A stretch of 64,000 nt of DNA, from the IMG/VR virus record IMGVR_UViG_3300032240_003128; one strand, given 5' to 3'. A program made the translations under genes and the position numbers. Source of the DNA: a virus. Below are positions 8,550-18,090 of this stretch, piece by piece; the stretch's first letter is position 1; each line of letters begins with the position of its first letter. The notes beneath the pieces were generated by a model. It saw only the letters and a program-made list of their open reading frames with translations, had not been told where the DNA came from and ran no database searches.

Positions 8550-9356
8550 TTATACTTTAACAATAGGTACATCGTCTGTCTTATCTTGATCTAGATGATC
8601 TTCTATAACACCTTGGAACGCAAAACAATCAAGCTTGCTTCGGCTTTCAAAATGTTCTTTTCTAACATAGCAATAGCCACCTAATCCAAAGCTGGAACCC
8701 CAACTATTTTGGAGCTTTACCAACCAGCCATATTTGCTGTGTTGCTTTATTCCGCAGGCAAGCATTGAGTGTCCACCACCACCGCCATTTGGAAGTGGAG
8801 CAATGCCTTCTGAATCGACTTTGGTAAAGTTAGATCCAACAAGGATGCCGATGTTTACAACAAAACCAAGGCTGATTGCTTGGCAAACTTCTTCAAATGT
8901 GTTACATTGATAAGCATATCCTAGCTTAAATCTAGCAGCATTATCATAAGCAGCTTTGGTTAAACTGCTCTTGTAATAAACACGGTCATGTGGAAATGCG
9001 CTTGTTTCACAGATTCCATACTTTCTAAGCATGTTAAGGCTATCTGAAATATAAGCCCCACCATCTTGTCCACCATTAATCAAAGCATAGTGGAAGAATG
9101 GATTAAAGTCTTTTTGAACATTTTGACGTTGTTTTTGTAAAATTTCCATACCAGCAGCAGATGCATGAGCTACGCAACTGCTAGTTGATTTTTGGTTTAA
9201 GATTCTATGCCCTTGCCAAGACATATCAATTTCTTTTAGAACAGCAGCATCAAAGCTCCTGAATGAATCTCCAAATTTTGGAGTATCGTTTTCTGGGCTT
9301 GGGGTATGGGAAAGGATACGGTAATAGCCGTCGAAATATATTGATGGAAAACTCAT
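8550..9356 (-). CDS. Papain-like (C1A) cysteine peptidase
   Basis: NQKSTSSCVAHA (oxyanion Q, catalytic C), GGHSMLACG (H), QNSWG..FG.GGY (N). Confidence 0.9.
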   Translation of the reverse strand: MSFPSIYFDGYYRILSHTPSPENDTPKFGDSFRSFDAAVLKEIDMSWQGHRILNQKSTSSCVAHASAAGMEILQKQRQNVQKDFNPFFHYALINGGQDGGAYISDSLNMLRKYGICETSAFPHDRVYYKSSLTKAAYDNAARFKLGYAYQCNTFEEVCQAISLGFVVNIGILVGSNFTKVDSEGIAPLPNGGGGGHSMLACGIKQHSKYGWLVKLQNSWGSSFGLGGYCYVRKEHFESRSKLDCFAFQGVIEDHLDQDKTDDVPIVKV

Positions 9357-9357
9357 G

Positions 9358-10113
9358 TTATTCTCCCTTTGTAATTTTGTTTAAGACTTTAACAACTTCT
9401 GCTTCTGTTTTTGGAATAGAACTGTAATAAAGAACAGTTCCATCAGTCTTTTGTACAACAAACAGGTTATTACTGTTTAACTTCTTAAGAAGTGTGTCCA
9501 TCTTCTTTTGCTTAACTACTAAACTGTTAACATCATAAACCTTGTAAAAACTTTTTGTTTTCAGAATAATATCTCTAATGTCTTTGCTGTTTAAAACAGC
9601 TGCAATATCTGGTGTTGACTCGTTATAATCTGTCAAAAATGTAACATGCAAACCTTCTGGAACCTTTTCTATTACTACATCTGGATCAACAGGATCGGTT
9701 GGGTCTGGTTTAACAGGATCTGGCTTTACACCTTTTACAGTAATGTCTGTTCTTGCAAAATCTGTTAGTTTTCCGTCCACAAGCGCAATAGCAAAAACAT
9801 TAACACTTCCAGATTGAGGAACAGAAACTATAAGGCTATTTCCAGCATCATTGGAAACATATTTAACTTTGCTGTTGCCAACAACAAACCATTTAACTGT
9901 ACCTTTAGACTTTGCTTGGACTACAAGAAACCCTTCACTGCTATCAACTGTGATTGGTTCAGGTAGCTCAAGTCCTTCTACTTTATTTGTAATAGAATAT
10001 ACGGGCGATTGAGGAATTGGTGGTGGTTCAACTGCTACAAGTGAATTAGTTTCAGCAGAAAAACAAGTAAATGCTAAAGCAAATAGCAACAAAATGCTTG
10101 ATAGAAGTTTCAT
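9358..10113 (-). CDS. Exported two-domain protein with Pro/Asp linker
   Basis: Signal peptide; beta-rich N-domain; KPDPVKPDPTDPVDPD linker; alpha/beta C-domain. Confidence 0.7.
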   Translation of the reverse strand: MKLLSSILLLFALAFTCFSAETNSLVAVEPPPIPQSPVYSITNKVEGLELPEPITVDSSEGFLVVQAKSKGTVKWFVVGNSKVKYVSNDAGNSLIVSVPQSGSVNVFAIALVDGKLTDFARTDITVKGVKPDPVKPDPTDPVDPDVVIEKVPEGLHVTFLTDYNESTPDIAAVLNSKDIRDIILKTKSFYKVYDVNSLVVKQKKMDTLLKKLNSNNLFVVQKTDGTVLYYSSIPKTEAEVVKVLNKITKGE

Positions 10114-10140
10114 TTTATCTCCGTAGAATCGTGTCTATTT

Positions 10141-11466
10141 TTAGAATAGTTTGTTTTCTGTAATTAATAACCACTCAGAAAAAGTAATATTTTTATTTTC
10201 TTGAAGTTTTGACAAAAGTTTACCACTTCCTTTACCTTTTTTATCACATAATTCTGGATTATTACTGCAAAATTCGTCTACAGATTTATTTATTTGCGAT
10301 AAAGATAAAGCGATAATTTTCCAATTTTCACTACTTGTTCTTAATCTCCTATCAAAAGCCGGATAGTGGTTTTCAATAGGGTTGTAAATATTTGCCACAC
10401 GTCTAAAATCTTCAATCGCATCATTTGTAAACGCATCATCTGCAAAATCGCATTGTCTTGACATGAAAGCTTCAATAATTTTGGTTAACAAAAGATTCCA
10501 ATTTTCATTTCCTAAATAATTAATATTTTTTCTGTGTTTTTTAAATATTTTTTTCTGACCATTTTCCACTTCTGCATGTCTATAAAGTCTTTGTATAAGC
10601 TTAAATGCGTTAAAAATTGGCTTATTTGGTACATCTTCTCCATTATCTCTAAAGTATTGTTCTATGTTTAATATAAGTTTATTTAAATTTTGCATAAATT
10701 TAAAATTGGTTATTCCGCCTAGAATTGGAATACTAGGTTCAGGAGGTGTTGAAGGAGGAGTATTGCTTGCAGCGACTTCTTCATCTGGAGGTGGTTTTGT
10801 GACAGAAGAAGGTGAGCCAAATTCTTTATCTGAGGCTGGTGCTGCAATAGATGAAACTACGCCTAGTCCTTGGATTTGATCTGGAGTCACATTAAATTTT
10901 TCTGCATCTAATCCATTTATTCTATTTGGAGCGACATTGAATCTTTCTGCACCTAAAGAGATATTTTTTCTACGTTCTTCAACTTCTTTAGCATGTTCTT
11001 CAGCAGCTTGTTTTTTGGCAGCATTTTCTTTAGCTTCTTCTTCAGCACGTTTTGATTTTTCTTTAGCATCTTTTTCAGCAATACGTTCTTCTTCGGTTTG
11101 TATTAGTTTTTCAAGTTTTATTATGTTTAGATTTATAGTCGGCTCTTTTTTTTGTTTGTCTCCTTTTCCTTTGTAAGATTCACTTAGTATTATTTTAAAA
11201 TTATATTTTAAATTTCTGTAGATGCTCTCTGCTCTTGCTTTGTCTATAGGCAATAGTTTTCCTAAAATTTTGCTTTGATACTTTTCGCCTATCAACTTGT
11301 TAGCATATCTTTTAAAAGCTTGGTCAACTTTGAAAACAAAATTTTGTTCTTCTTCTTGCAAATTAACACTGCCAAACATATTCCTTATGAATTTGGTAAA
11401 GTCTTCATTTATGTTTTCCAGTTTATGTTCTTTTTCTTTTAAGAAATTGCTAAAATTTTTGCTCAT
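10141..11466 (-). CDS. Hypothetical protein with tag-like motifs at both termini
   Basis: MSKNFSNFLKE...LENINE; C-terminal ITFSEWLLITE; central coiled coil and Pro-rich linker. Confidence 0.7.
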   Translation of the reverse strand: MSKNFSNFLKEKEHKLENINEDFTKFIRNMFGSVNLQEEEQNFVFKVDQAFKRYANKLIGEKYQSKILGKLLPIDKARAESIYRNLKYNFKIILSESYKGKGDKQKKEPTINLNIIKLEKLIQTEEERIAEKDAKEKSKRAEEEAKENAAKKQAAEEHAKEVEERRKNISLGAERFNVAPNRINGLDAEKFNVTPDQIQGLGVVSSIAAPASDKEFGSPSSVTKPPPDEEVAASNTPPSTPPEPSIPILGGITNFKFMQNLNKLILNIEQYFRDNGEDVPNKPIFNAFKLIQRLYRHAEVENGQKKIFKKHRKNINYLGNENWNLLLTKIIEAFMSRQCDFADDAFTNDAIEDFRRVANIYNPIENHYPAFDRRLRTSSENWKIIALSLSQINKSVDEFCSNNPELCDKKGKGSGKLLSKLQENKNITFSEWLLITENKLF

Positions 11467-11483
11467 TTGTATCCTTAAATAAA

Positions 11484-11888
11484 TCAAGTTAAATCGACAT
11501 GTCTAGAAGTTCCTTTCCCCAAAATATCATATGCTTTTTTCATTATTTTAAAGTTGAGAGAATTGTTTAGTAAATTGTGTATATTGCCTGATAAGAATTT
11601 TCTTATATCTTTTTGTTGAGGTGGTGTAGCTCCAGTAGGCTTAACTCTTACTAAATTTTTAACAAAATTGTCAATAGCAATATTTAAACGCTTTTCCAAT
11701 GCATCTTCGGCTTCATGCATGTCGGCAGTTCCTGCGCTAGTGCCAAGACCTCTTTTGGCACCAGCAATAAAACCGCCAACTCCTCTTAGGATGTCTTCAA
11801 GGGTTTCGTTATAATTACAATCTTCTATTTTAAATCCTTTTTGTTCTAGAAATTTATTAAATTTTTTTCTTCTAAAATTGAAACTCAT
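11484..11888 (-). CDS. Hypothetical protein (tagged family)
   Basis: KKFNKFLEQ...YNETLE followed by a Gly/Ala-rich helix. Confidence 0.6.
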   Translation of the reverse strand: MSFNFRRKKFNKFLEQKGFKIEDCNYNETLEDILRGVGGFIAGAKRGLGTSAGTADMHEAEDALEKRLNIAIDNFVKNLVRVKPTGATPPQQKDIRKFLSGNIHNLLNNSLNFKIMKKAYDILGKGTSRHVDLT

Positions 11889-11908
11889 GTTACACCTTTC
11901 ATTTGATG

Positions 11909-12352
11909 TTATGCGATAAAATCAATTAACGCTGTATCTATTTTTTTCTTAAATTCTTCCATGTTTGTTTTTATTATTTTGTTTAAATTTGTTGATAAAT
12001 TAATAGAAAAGTTTTTAAAATGTGTTTCTAATTTATTTTTTAATAACTTTTCGGCTTCTTTAATTTTAGTGGTTAAAATTTCTTCAACTTCACTTTCATC
12101 ATCAGCATCAAGAAGAGATCTACTTAAAGCATCTACAGCAACATCTTTAGCTGCCGAAGCAGCAATACTAGCTCCAGTACCAATACTTGGTAAATATTTA
12201 CCAAGTGATTTAAAGGTATTTCCTGCCTTAAAGGTATTTCCTGCCATTGATGCGACTCTTGGAATTGCTCCTACTAATCCTGCATATTCATTGATTTCAG
12301 AGTTTGCACTCTGAATTTTTCTATCTTTTATAAAATCGTAAAATGTTTTCAT
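11909..12352 (-). CDS. Hypothetical protein (tagged family)
   Basis: MKTFYDFIKD...EINE followed by a Gly/Ala-rich segment. Confidence 0.7.
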   Translation of the reverse strand: MKTFYDFIKDRKIQSANSEINEYAGLVGAIPRVASMAGNTFKAGNTFKSLGKYLPSIGTGASIAASAAKDVAVDALSRSLLDADDESEVEEILTTKIKEAEKLLKNKLETHFKNFSINLSTNLNKIIKTNMEEFKKKIDTALIDFIA

Positions 12353-12364
12353 TTTTTTCCTTCA

Positions 12365-12661
12365 TCATGGGAAATATTCACGCACAGCATAATCGATCAA
12401 TTTTCTTATGTTGGCATCAAAAGCATCTTTCATGTCATTTATTTGCATTTTGCTATAGCCAGCTTTGTTTAAGCTTGCTTCAAAACTTTTCCATGCAGTG
12501 TTTATTTCCGTTATCAGGGTGTCTTTTGCCGCATCTTTGTTATCTGTGCCTGTAGCAGAACTGTAACCAGCCATGCCACCACTAATTGCTCCACTGATAC
12601 TTCTGTAAGGGTTCATAATAAAATCGAACATACCTTCATTCAACTTTTGTTTTTTATTCAT
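12365..12661 (-). CDS. Hypothetical protein
   Basis: MNKKQKLNEG; TAAATA element upstream on the minus strand. Confidence 0.6.
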   Translation of the reverse strand: MNKKQKLNEGMFDFIMNPYRSISGAISGGMAGYSSATGTDNKDAAKDTLITEINTAWKSFEASLNKAGYSKMQINDMKDAFDANIRKLIDYAVREYFP

Positions 12662-12693
12662 TTCGTACCCCTTTGCTTAACTATATTTATTTC

Positions 12694-14064
12694 ATGGACA
12701 CTTTTTTTTCTTGTTTTTTCGAAAAACTTTATAAATCAAATTTAAAAATCAACATTATTGGAGATGTGTTGATTGATGAATATTATCAGGTAGATGTTGA
12801 TAGAATTAGTCCAGAATTTCCCATTCCTGTTCATCGTTCTTTTGATGACAAGCCAAATAAAATTTTTTGCGGTGGTGCAGCAAATGTCGCAGCACAATTT
12901 AAAAATTTTAATGTAGATGTTAACCTTATATCTCTTATGAATCCGCAGGCAGAAAAAATTTGCAATTTAAATGGTATTAATACAAATTATTCAATCATAG
13001 ACTCTAAATTTGTCAATTCAAAGAAAAAAAGATTTTATAAGGATTCTCATCCATTGATCAGATGGGATGTAGAAAAACCACAATTAGGAATTTCTAATAT
13101 TGATTATTATTTAAATGAAATAAAAATACCTGAAGCTGATATTAACATTTTTTCTGATTACGACAAAGGTTTGTTTTCAACAAATTGGCACAAGAAATAT
13201 TTAAAACAAAGCAAATCACTTATTGATCCCAAGAAAAACCTTAATATTTGGGAAGGATGTTATTTGTTTAAACCTAATGCCGTTGAAGCAAAAAGATTTG
13301 TCAATAAGGAAAAAGTTGAAGATCAGTTGAGATGGCTTCAAGCTTTGCTAGGATGTAATAATGTTGTTATTACAAATGCAGGGGAATGTGTAGATGCAAT
13401 CGATGATAATGAAAAAATATATCATGTAACACCTAGCAAGAAAGTAATAAAGCCCGAAAGTGTGATTGGTGCTGGAGATGCATACATGGCTTTCTTAGCC
13501 ATGTCTTTAGGTGTAGGTGTTGATCTATTAGAATCTTTAAATATTTCATTTGAAGCTGGCATTAATTATGTTGCTAATCGTTATAATAAACCTTTAAATC
13601 CATCAGATTTTTTCGTTGAAGACAAAGTGATTAACAATCCTGCTGTATTGAGAAATAGGGATTTTAGCCTAGTGTGGACTAATGGCTGCATGGATCTTAC
13701 ACATTACGGACACATATCATCTTTAAAACAAGCAAAATCTTTTGGTGACAAACTTTGTGTTGGTGTTAATTCAGATGAGAGTATAGCTAAATTGAAGGGT
13801 GAAAAAAGACCAATCATACCTTTGTCTCAAAGAATTGAAATGTTAAAAGCAATAAAATATGTAGATTTTATTTTTGTTTTAGAAGAAGATTTTCCTCAAA
13901 GTGTCATTGAATTAATTAAACCAAATGTTTTGGTTAAGGGTGAGGATTGGCGAGGTAAAAAAATTGCCGGTGCCGATGTTGTTGATAGAATTGAATTCAT
14001 TCCTTTAGTTGAAGGTCTATCAACAACTAGCATTATAAATAAAATTATTCATGCTTATGGATAA
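12694..14064 (+). CDS. hldE: Bifunctional heptose 7-phosphate kinase / heptose 1-phosphate adenylyltransferase (HldE/RfaE-like)
   Basis: PfkB domain GDVLIDEY, RISPEFPIPV, GGAANVA, SDYDKG, IDPK, GAGD; C-terminal TNGCMDLTHYGH, GVNSD.S...LKG..RPI, LVKGEDW, STTSII. Confidence 0.9.
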   Translation: MDTFFSCFFEKLYKSNLKINIIGDVLIDEYYQVDVDRISPEFPIPVHRSFDDKPNKIFCGGAANVAAQFKNFNVDVNLISLMNPQAEKICNLNGINTNYSIIDSKFVNSKKKRFYKDSHPLIRWDVEKPQLGISNIDYYLNEIKIPEADINIFSDYDKGLFSTNWHKKYLKQSKSLIDPKKNLNIWEGCYLFKPNAVEAKRFVNKEKVEDQLRWLQALLGCNNVVITNAGECVDAIDDNEKIYHVTPSKKVIKPESVIGAGDAYMAFLAMSLGVGVDLLESLNISFEAGINYVANRYNKPLNPSDFFVEDKVINNPAVLRNRDFSLVWTNGCMDLTHYGHISSLKQAKSFGDKLCVGVNSDESIAKLKGEKRPIIPLSQRIEMLKAIKYVDFIFVLEEDFPQSVIELIKPNVLVKGEDWRGKKIAGADVVDRIEFIPLVEGLSTTSIINKIIHAYG

Positions 14065-14173
14065 GTTTTGATTTAACAAATGGACAGTAATGAAATTGTC
14101 CAATGATTGTTGAAGTAACACCAACCAAAAAACCCAAAATAAAAGCGACTGTCAACGTAATGAATGTTTTCAT
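14045..14173 (-). CDS. Small membrane protein (not in ORF track)
   Basis: AGGAGG Shine-Dalgarno; MKTFITLTVAFILGFLVGVTSTIIGQFHYCPFVKSKLIHKHE. Confidence 0.55.
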   Translation of the reverse strand: MKTFITLTVAFILGFLVGVTSTIIGQFHYCPFVKSKLIHKHE

Positions 14174-14186
14174 TTTTGAGCCCTCC

Positions 14187-14196
14187 TAAATAAATA
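14187..14196 (+). promoter_or_regulatory. T4-late-like TAAATA promoter element
   Basis: TAAATAAATA 5 nt before the ATG at 14202; the same element precedes genes at 12661(-), 25561(-), 44808, 46207 and 51756(-). Confidence 0.5.
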
Positions 14197-14201
14197 GAGA
14201 T

Positions 14202-14567
14202 ATGTTATCATTTAAACAATTTTTAAATAATTTAGAAGAACAAGCTGCCACTACTCCAGCTACTGGTGTTACTCCTGCTGCAAGTACAACTCCAGCTACA
14301 TCTAATCCAACTGCTGCAACTGCTGCCACTACTAATGCATCTGCTAAAACACAGCAAGTACCTCCAGCGACCAGAAGCAAGCTTGATGCTGCTGCTCAGA
14401 AGAACGCAGCTGCTATGCGGCTTTATCAGACAGGTAAAACAAAAGAAGCGGTTGACACATTGAGAAAAGATCCTAATTTTCAATTAGCAATGCAAGATTT
14501 AACCAAAACAAGTTCTCCAGCTAATGCTTCTCAGTTGGTAAATTTTGCTTTGGGTGGCAATTCATGA
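14202..14567 (+). CDS. Ala/Thr-rich protein (tagged family)
   Basis: MLSFKQFLNNLEEQ followed by a low-complexity ATTPA segment. Confidence 0.7.
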   Translation: MLSFKQFLNNLEEQAATTPATGVTPAASTTPATSNPTAATAATTNASAKTQQVPPATRSKLDAAAQKNAAAMRLYQTGKTKEAVDTLRKDPNFQLAMQDLTKTSSPANASQLVNFALGGNS

Positions 14568-14710
14568 CATTTAAAGATTTTTTAAAAATTGATGAGGCAA
14601 ATGGTCATGGCGGTAAACGTCATAACTCATTTACTGTTTTAAGGATGAATTATCGTAATCAACAACCAGTTTCTATTAAAAAACAAACAAAAAAACTATT
14701 TAAGATTTAA
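14564..14710 (+). CDS. 48-aa protein (tagged family; not in ORF track)
   Basis: ATGA overlap with the upstream gene; MTFKDFLKIDEANGHGGKRH...; stop overlaps the next start. Confidence 0.6.
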   Translation: MTFKDFLKIDEANGHGGKRHNSFTVLRMNYRNQQPVSIKKQTKKLFKI

Positions 14711-15297
14711 TGCTACTTTTTCCAAAACAAAATTATCAAAAATTCAATTTGGGTATTATTGTTCCTCCTCGCAAGCCATATGATATTCTTTCATTTGCTT
14801 GTTGGTTTTCTTTTTTTAAATTTTTACCAAAAGTAAAACCAATTATTATTGTGGCAGGAAACACTCCTATTGATTTTGCTATATGGGCAAGAAAACTTAA
14901 TTTTCCTGTATTTTATGCTCATGAATGCTTCCATCCTAATCAACTTGTTGGTCTTGACTTATGGGATGAATCTTACGCAATTGTTATTTCAAATATTTTT
15001 TGTATGAAAAAATTTGATTTTAATAAAAATTTTGATAGCGATTTTATGATAATGCGATCAAAATCTCCTGATAACAAAGAGTTTTTAATAGATGATATAA
15101 TGGATAATAATTTTTGTCATGCTGCTTTCTGGAATATTGGAAATAATTTTGAAGAAGTTAGAGATAAGCTAATAAATAATATCGGTATATTCTCTAGTGA
15201 TAAAAGTTTAAATCAAATTAAATTTGAATCTATATGGGAAGATGCTAAACACATAAGAACTCTTTTAAATCAGGAGGTTCGCCATGAAGAGGTTTGA
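14710..15297 (+). CDS. Hypothetical protein
   Basis: 195-aa ORF coupled to its neighbours. Confidence 0.6.
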   Translation: MLLFPKQNYQKFNLGIIVPPRKPYDILSFACWFSFFKFLPKVKPIIIVAGNTPIDFAIWARKLNFPVFYAHECFHPNQLVGLDLWDESYAIVISNIFCMKKFDFNKNFDSDFMIMRSKSPDNKEFLIDDIMDNNFCHAAFWNIGNNFEEVRDKLINNIGIFSSDKSLNQIKFESIWEDAKHIRTLLNQEVRHEEV

Positions 15298-15559
15298 TTT
15301 TGCTTATGGCGATGATGGGTTCGATGATGACGATGAAGAAAATCAAGAGGATCAGGAGAATAACTTCATCGATTCGCAAATGCTAGCCATGCAGATGGAG
15401 CAGAACATTCTTATAGAACAAGAAATTCAAGCTAAACTTTTAGAAGAAGCTTATAAAATCTGCAAAGGTTCGTGGATGTGGTCATTTATGACGATACCAC
15501 AAAGAATGAAAAAAGTTAAAATTGTTTACGATGAAATAAAAAAAATTATTGCTGAATGA
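15284..15559 (+). CDS. Acidic hypothetical protein
   Basis: AGGAGG Shine-Dalgarno; D/E-rich N-terminus. Confidence 0.65.
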   Translation: MKRFDFAYGDDGFDDDDEENQEDQENNFIDSQMLAMQMEQNILIEQEIQAKLLEEAYKICKGSWMWSFMTIPQRMKKVKIVYDEIKKIIAE

Positions 15560-15604
15560 TTTTTGTAGACATACTAATTTAAGTTTGGTCTAAGGGTAAC
15601 AGTC

Positions 15605-15931
15605 TTGCCTACTTATAATTTCGAATGCAAAAATTGCAATAAAATCTATGAAACACTAGCATCTTTTGACGCAACAGGCAAATATGCTGGTGTTTCGTGT
15701 CCTGATTGCAATTCCAAGAAAAAGAAAAAATTGCTTAATGATGCTAATGTTAAATTTGCTCAACCAAAAGATACGAGCAAATTTGATAATTTCAACTATC
15801 GGGCAGGATACAACTTAGAACAAGCGCAGAACTTACGCAGAGATGCACAAACTGCATCACACATGGGAACTGATCCATACATGCCTATAGATGACATAAA
15901 CAACGGAAGGCACTTTGGAGAAGTGAAATAA
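15605..15931 (+). CDS. FmdB-family zinc-ribbon protein
   Basis: TTG start; MPTYNFECKNC...CPDC pattern. Confidence 0.8.
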   Translation: MPTYNFECKNCNKIYETLASFDATGKYAGVSCPDCNSKKKKKLLNDANVKFAQPKDTSKFDNFNYRAGYNLEQAQNLRRDAQTASHMGTDPYMPIDDINNGRHFGEVK

Positions 15932-15959
15932 TTGACATTGGTTAATGAAACACTATATT
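15932..15959 (+). promoter_or_regulatory. Sigma70-like promoter of the prkA operon
   Basis: TTGACA-N16-TATATT upstream of GAGG and the ATG at 16003. Confidence 0.55.
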
Positions 15960-16002
15960 CATTTTATCATGTCGTAAACGGCACACAGAGAGGCAAATTA
16001 AT

Positions 16003-18075
16003 ATGGTTACTTTGAGCCAGTTTGTAGACAAGAATAAGCTAGAGCAATTCAACAGATTAAATGAAGTTGTTAGTTTTGAGCAATATCTCAATCGTTGTTA
16101 CACCAATCCAAAACTTGTCAGAAATTCACATCAACGAATTTATGACATGATTGTGTCGCAGGGCACATCTGAAATTGAAAAGTACCGCAAAAAGGTAATT
16201 GTTTATAATTTCTTTGAAAAACACGAACAAATCAAGGTCTTTGGAATTGAAGAACAACTTGAATCACTAGTTGCACACTATAAAGGTGCTGCTGGTGGCT
16301 ACGGACCAGAAAAGCGAATCCTTCTTCTTTGCGGTCCTGTAGGATCTGCAAAGTCTACAATTGTTCGTCTTATTAAGCGAAGCATGGAAGATTATTCTCA
16401 AAATGATGCTGGTGCTTGGTTTACATATCGTTGGATCAATTTGCCAACAGGTAGCGATGGTATCTACACTTCTGACACTTGTGAATGTCCAATGAATGAA
16501 GAGCCGCTCAAGCTTCTTCCATTCGATGTTCGCAAAAAGATTCTTTATGAACTTAACGGCATACACAAAGAACAAGCTGATGTGTCGCAACACACAACTC
16601 TTTACACTCTTGACGTTAAGGGTGAAATTAATCCTAAATGCAAGTTCTTTTATGACAAGTTGCTTGAAAAGTATAATGGTGATTGGACTCAAGTTCTTTC
16701 CAATCACGTTGAAGTTATTCGCAAGAATTACAATGAAGCCAAGCGTGTAGGTATTGCTTCATTCCAGCCAAAGGATGAAAAAAATCAAGATAGCACTGAG
16801 TTGACAGGAGACATCAACTTTGCTTTATTGCCAACATTTGGTAGTGATTCTGACCCTCGCTGCTTCAATTTTGATGGAGAATTTGAAGTTGCCAACAGAG
16901 GTATCATTGAATTTATTGAAATGTTAAAGCTTGAAGTTGCATTCCTTTATGACCTTTTGGGTGCATCTCAGGAACAATCTATCAAGCCAAAGAAGTATTC
17001 TCAGATTTCGATTGATGAATCAATTATTGGGCATACCAATATGCCAGAATATGAGAAGCTCAAGAACAATCAGTTCATGGAAGCTCTTAAGGATAGAACT
17101 GTCAGAATTGAGATTCCTTATTTGCTTGAATGGAGCAAGGAACTCAAGGTTCTTGAACAGGATTATAATTCAGATAAAATCAAGCAGCATATTGCTCCAC
17201 ACACTCTTGAAATTGCAGCTTTGTTTGCTGTTCTTACCAGATTGGAAGATGACAAAGATAATAAGATCACGATTACGGAAAAGGCTGATCTTTATGATGG
17301 TAAGATGTTACCCGGATGGACTGTTGATCGTGTGAAAGAACTTCGTGAAAAGAATCCCAATGAAGGGATGATGGGTCTTTCTGCTCGTTATGTTCAAGAC
17401 AAAGTTTCTTCTACCTTGTCAAGCCGACACGATTATATCAATCCATTTATGGTTCTTAATGCGCTTAAGAGTGGTCTTGATAATCATTCTTTGATTACCA
17501 ATAAAGATCTTGTTCGCAAGTATCAAAACTGCATCACTTTGTCTACCAAGAAGTTAGATGACATTCTGAAAAACGAAGTGCAAAAGGCTTTGGTTGGTGA
17601 TGAAGAGGCAATTGTAAGGTTGTGTGCTAACTATATCGATAACCTTATGGCTTATATTAACAAGGCAAAGATTCTTAATAAGATTACTGGCAGAGAAGAA
17701 ACAGCTGATGAGAAATTGATGCGTTCTATTGAATCCAAGATTGATGTTCCAGAATCGACTTGTGATGACTTCCGTAGAATGATTGCAGCTTTTATTGGTG
17801 ATCTTGCTGTTAAGGGTAAGATTTTCCGTTGGGACAGTAATCCTCTTCTTAAGAAAGCTTTAGAATCTAAGTTGTTTGAAGATACGAAGGATCATATTAA
17901 GTTGAGTGCATTCTCCAGTGGAGCAAGCACTGTTGATCCTGATGTGCAGAAGAAAATCGATGCTGTAAAACAGCGTTTGGTTGATAAATATGGATACAAT
18001 GAACAGTCTGCAACAGATGTTCTAGACTATGTTTCAAGTATCTTTGCTAGGGGCGATCTAGCAGATAACGACTAA
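16003..18075 (+). CDS. prkA: PrkA/YeaG-family AAA+ ATPase (annotated serine kinase)
   Basis: KRILLLCGPVGSAKST, CPMNEEPL, FQPKDEKNQDSTELTG, SDPR.F.FDG, ANRGIIEFIEMLK, HIAPHTLE, EGM.GLSARY. Confidence 0.95.
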   Translation: MVTLSQFVDKNKLEQFNRLNEVVSFEQYLNRCYTNPKLVRNSHQRIYDMIVSQGTSEIEKYRKKVIVYNFFEKHEQIKVFGIEEQLESLVAHYKGAAGGYGPEKRILLLCGPVGSAKSTIVRLIKRSMEDYSQNDAGAWFTYRWINLPTGSDGIYTSDTCECPMNEEPLKLLPFDVRKKILYELNGIHKEQADVSQHTTLYTLDVKGEINPKCKFFYDKLLEKYNGDWTQVLSNHVEVIRKNYNEAKRVGIASFQPKDEKNQDSTELTGDINFALLPTFGSDSDPRCFNFDGEFEVANRGIIEFIEMLKLEVAFLYDLLGASQEQSIKPKKYSQISIDESIIGHTNMPEYEKLKNNQFMEALKDRTVRIEIPYLLEWSKELKVLEQDYNSDKIKQHIAPHTLEIAALFAVLTRLEDDKDNKITITEKADLYDGKMLPGWTVDRVKELREKNPNEGMMGLSARYVQDKVSSTLSSRHDYINPFMVLNALKSGLDNHSLITNKDLVRKYQNCITLSTKKLDDILKNEVQKALVGDEEAIVRLCANYIDNLMAYINKAKILNKITGREETADEKLMRSIESKIDVPESTCDDFRRMIAAFIGDLAVKGKIFRWDSNPLLKKALESKLFEDTKDHIKLSAFSSGASTVDPDVQKKIDAVKQRLVDKYGYNEQSATDVLDYVSSIFARGDLADND

Positions 18076-18090
18076 TATGAGGATTGAAAA

